A DNA stretch of 64,000 bases from Malacoraja senta (Eukaryota). The position numbers were made by a program, and so were the translations under genes. This document shows, piece after piece, positions 59,621 through 64,000 of the stretch (its first letter is position 1; each line of letters begins with the position of its first letter). The notes beneath the pieces are model-generated. The model saw only the letters and a list, made by a program, of their open reading frames with translations. It searched no databases and was not told the DNA's origin. Where the stretch lies: contig CM075989.1 of the NCBI GenBank assembly GCA_038087875.1, positions 3,782,001-3,846,000 on the forward strand, read 5' to 3'.

Positions 59621-61200
59621 ACCTAATTTTATGCATTATTATTGGTCAGTAAATATTAAAAATATGATTCAACTGATGGATAACTCCGCCCAGCAAGTGG
59701 ACTGGATTGTAATGGAGAAAGAGGATTGTTCCTCTGGAAACATTGGAGCGATCCTCCTCTCTCCAATGAAACTGAATAATATAAATTATAATAAGAACCC
59801 AATTATTCATAGTACAATCCGAATTTGGAAACAAATAAAACAAAATTTAAAATGAAGAAATTTATCACTTTTATTACCCATAGTTAATAACCCTTCGTTT
59901 AATCCCTCTATTATAGATAAAGCTTTTACACATTGGGATAGACTAGGAATTAAAACGTTCGGTGACTTGTATGAAACTGGAAAATTACTTTCATTTCAAC
60001 AATTACAAATAAAATATAAACTCGGAAATAATCAATATTTTAAATATTTTCAAATATGCGACTATTTGAAAAAATATACAAAAGATCATTATAATAACCC
60101 AGCAGATGTATTGGATGAGGCAATGCAGATAAAAGCTGAATCAGCAAACTTAATATCATATTTGTATAATATTATCTTAAATGTACAAATACCATCTACG
60201 GAGGGTATCAGAAGAGACTGGGAACAAGAGTTAGCTATTAAAATTTCAAAGGAAAGTTGGAATGAACACTTATTAAACGTGCATAAATGTTCGATTAATG
60301 TCAGACACACTTTAATACAATTTAAAATTTTACATAGATTATATTATTCCAAAACTAAAATTCATAAAATTTCCCCAAATGTATCATCTATTTGTGATAA
60401 ATGTCAATCCCAAGAAGCTACTATAGCGCACTCATTCGTTTTCTGTACAAAAATTCAAAAATTTTGGAATGAAATTTTCGAAATCTTTACAAAATTATTT
60501 AAAATAAAACTGATACCCAAAGCAGAATGGATTATCTTCGGAATAACGGAAGATGGTCCAGAACTAAATGTGTTTCAAAAGAAACTAATAGACTATGGGT
60601 TAATAACTGGAAAAAAGCTAATCCTAAAATTTTGGAAGAAGGCTCCAATACCAACTATAAACATGTGGATTTCAAATATGTTCGAAACATTACACCTAGA
60701 AGAGATACGACTCCTCCTAGCAGGTAAACCAGATCACTTCCACCTGACGTGGTCTGCATTTATAGAATTATTACAAATATAGGGTGCAAAGATACCTTAA
60801 AAAAATTGAGGTCAGGTAATGGGGGATGATAATTGAAGAGTTGGTATGTCCCATTTGCGTAATGCTCATAAAAAATATTTGTTTCTCTCTTTTTCCTCTT
60901 TCTCTTTCTCCTTCTTTTCTAGGGTCTATTTCTTAACTCTTTTTCTTTTGTTTTTAATTGTGTTCTTATAGGGTCTTCGTCCTTTTTTGTTGTCACATTT
61001 TCTACACTCTCACTTTTTCCTTCACTTTCTTCTTTCTTTCAATCTTATCCTTTCCTTTTACTAGTGTAAAAAACAAATGGAGTACATTAATTATAAGAAG
61101 ACATAAGTGACGAGTAGTAATGTATGTGGTTGTAATGTAATGTACTTCTAATAAATAAAAAAAATTAAAAAAAAAAAACAGAAAAAAGAAAAAAAAGAAA
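59621..61200 (+). mobile_element. L1-clade LINE 3' segment (ORF2 C-terminus, 3' UTR, polyA)
   Basis: PNFMHYYW..QFKILHRLY..CDKC..H...C..FW; AATAAA at 61150, A-tract to about 61200. Confidence 0.9.
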
Positions 61201-64000
61201 GAAATAGGAAGTGTTTTCCAGTACTGAATATGTTTGTGTAATTTATTGAGAAGGGATGGGAAATTTTGTTTAAATAAAGAGGTATATGTCTTAGTTACAT
61301 AGATTCCTAAGTATTTAAGTTTATCTTTAACTATTTTAAAAGGGGATTGTTGTATTGTATTTAAGTTGAATTTTGTTATTAGCATGATTTCACTTTTATT
61401 CCAATTAATCCTATATCCTGAGAACTGACCAAATTGTGTTATTAGATTTAATAGATTTGGAATACTAGTTTCTAACTTTGTAATATATATTAATACATCA
61501 TCTGCATATAAGGACATTTTATTCCTTGTATCTCTAGTGTTGTATCCATGTATTCCTGGATGGTTTCTAATGATTTCTGCTAATGGTTCAATTGCAAGAG
61601 CAAATAATAGTGGGGATAGTGAACATCCTTGTCTACAACCTCTAGAAAGATTAAATTTGGCTGATAACATTTGATTTGTTAATATTCTAGCTGTTGGATT
61701 AGAGTATAACAATTTAACCCATGTACAGTACTTCTCTCCCAATTGAAATTTTTTCATTACCGAAAATAAATATGTCCATTCTACCTGGTCAAATGCCTTT
61801 TCAGCATCTAACGAAATAATTGTTAGATCTGCATTTGGAATTCTATTTGTATATATAATATTGAATAGTCTTCTCAAGTTATAAAATGAGTAACGTTTTG
61901 GAATAAAACCTGTTTGGTCCGGGTGTATTAATTTGTTAATCACTAAGCTCAATCTATGAGATAGGATTTTGGTTAATATTTTCTGATCAGTATTTAAGAG
62001 AGCTATTGCTCTATATGAACCTGGGTCTTCAGGGTCCTTATCCGGTTTCGGTATAAGTATGATTGTAGGTTCATTTAGAGTTTCTGGAAGTTTCTGTTGA
62101 GTATAAGCTTGTTTGTAAAGTCTCTGTAGACGTGGAGAAATCAGATCGTAAATTTTTTAATAAAATTCAGAGCTTAGACCATCAGGACCTGCGGCCTTTC
62201 CATTTTTTAAAGATCTAATTGACTCCTCGATGTCTTTTACCGTAATTTCTACATCTAGTGATTCTCTCTCTTTCTGATCTAGACCTGTAAGATTACATTT
62301 CTGTAGAAATGTTTCCATTCCTACTGGTTGTTCTGTCGTTTTAGATTAATACAATTTTTGATAATATTGTAAAAATCTATCATTAATATCTTTAGGTAGT
62401 GTTAATGTTTCTCCCTTATCTGATCTAATTTTGTAAATTGTTTTTTCCCCGTCCTGTTTACGAAGTTGACGCGCAATAGTTTTTGTGGTTTATCTCCAAA
62501 TTCAAAATTTAATTGTTTTGTACGTTGATATAGTTTTATTACTTTGTCTGAGTATATCTTGTTTAACTTATATTTCAGTACTGCAATTTTATTGTGTTTT
62601 ACCATAGATGGTGCTATTGCATTTTCTATGTCTAATTGCCTTATTTCCGTTTCCAAAGACTGTTGTTTGGCACTATTCTCTTTGTTAATAAATGATTGGG
62701 AGGAGATTAATGCTCCTCGCACAAATGCTTTAAATGTTTCCCAAAGAAGGGAGGCGGAGATTCCAGGGCTGTCATTAGCCTCGAAAAACATATTAATCTG
62801 TTTTACGAGGTATTCATTACATAACTTTTCTTTCAAGATTTGGGGGTTAAGTCTCCATTGTGTCTTTGTCTCGGTCATTCCGTTTAGTTTAATCATAAAT
62901 GTTAGTGGAGCATGGTCCGATATTATAATATTATGATATTGCGAATTATAGGTAAATGGGATAAGTTTAGAGTCTACTAAGAAATAGTCTATCCTTGAGT
63001 AAGTTTGATGCACGGGTGAGTATAATGAGTATTCTCGACCAGATGGGTTTTCAATTCTCCAAACATCCTTAATGTTGGTAGTATTAATATATGAATTTAG
63101 AAATTCACTTGACTGAGATTTTAATTTTCTTTGACTTGATAATCTATCCAAGTAAGCATCCAGTGTACAATTTAAGTCTCCACCGATAATTAAGTTATGT
63201 TGTGTACATTCTGGGATAATGTTAAGTATTCTCTTAAAGAACAGGGGGCTATCAAAATTTGGTCCATACACATTAAGGAGAGTCACTTTTTTTGAGTACA
63301 ACTCCCCTACTAATACAATATATCTGCCTTCAATATCTTCTGTCGTTGATATATGTTTAAAGGGTATACCTTTACGAATTAATATTGCAACCCCTCTAGA
63401 TTTATGTGAAAATGAAGAATGATACGTTTTAGCAATTCATTTGGCTTTCAATCTATGTTGTGCTTCCTTTTTAAGATGTGTTTCCTGGAGAAATATTACA
63501 TCTGCTTTAAGTGATTTTAAATAGGCTAATACTTTACCTCTCTTGATTGGTTCATTAATTCCCTTAACATTCCAGCTACAGAATTTAATTCCTTCACCCC
63601 CAATTTTCATATTAACGTCTTGCATCTTGTGATTAAAGTGGTCTATGTTGGAGCAGATGGCTCAGCGCACCAAACCCTACCTTATACTTGAACCTCAGGT
63701 AGATGAATTCTAAGTCTCATCGGTTTTTCATCCGGACATATCTCCCTAAATAAAACATATAATTCCATTCCAAATACAAAATATAATATAACATAAGATA
63801 GAAAAGGTAATAAAATGTTGTATTAGTAACGTGTAAAAAGTAGAAAAAGAAGAAAACTACAACTATGATTAGTGCAGTTAGTGATAGCCACCCTAGTGTG
63901 GCTAAACATCTAAAGACTTCCATAGCTTTTGTTGAAAAAAAAAATATTACTAGCTCCGTACTTTCCTTAAAAGAAAAGTTTCAATTACAATGAAAACAAT
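61201..64000 (-). mobile_element. L1-clade LINE ORF2 endonuclease + RT (disrupted) and upstream spacer
   Basis: SWNVKG..FLQETH, YSRIDY..SDH, DQTGF, DAEKAFD, RGCRQGCSLSPLLF, YADD; start codon at 63625. Confidence 0.92.

Noticed and set aside
61002..61200. Poly-Phe C-terminus of the 316-aa RT ORF
   Set aside because: Read-through into the antisense polyA tail of the adjacent L1 segment

Overview
Repeat-dense vertebrate genomic DNA, most likely from a cartilaginous fish (skate/ray type). This is inferred from HE1-like V-SINEs paired with HER1/CR1 LINEs, and it is not prokaryotic. The only recognisable host genes are two minus-strand UDP-glucuronosyltransferases with a single coding exon (UGT5-like). 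One is a pseudogene (~6.8-8.4 kb). The other (~19.0-20.6 kb) is probably intact, with frameshifts that look like assembly errors. The rest is mobile DNA: two full-length DIRS1-type tyrosine-recombinase retrotransposons (one intact, one decayed), CR1/HER1, Rex1/Babar and L1 LINEs, many Penelope-derived repeats with a minimal hammerhead-ribozyme core (often as fold-backs), Helitron-like and hAT/Tigger-like non-autonomous elements, and about 15 SINEs. The main leads are: (1) conserved phase-0 splice sites that could switch DIRS output between Gag-RT/RNaseH/MT and Gag-recombinase; (2) a covarying RNA structure around the DIRS internal complementary region; (3) the hammerhead-bearing fold-back repeats; (4) UGT paralogs with a shared acceptor context and homogenised C-terminal halves. 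All alignments were made by eye, so boundaries of degraded repeats are approximate.
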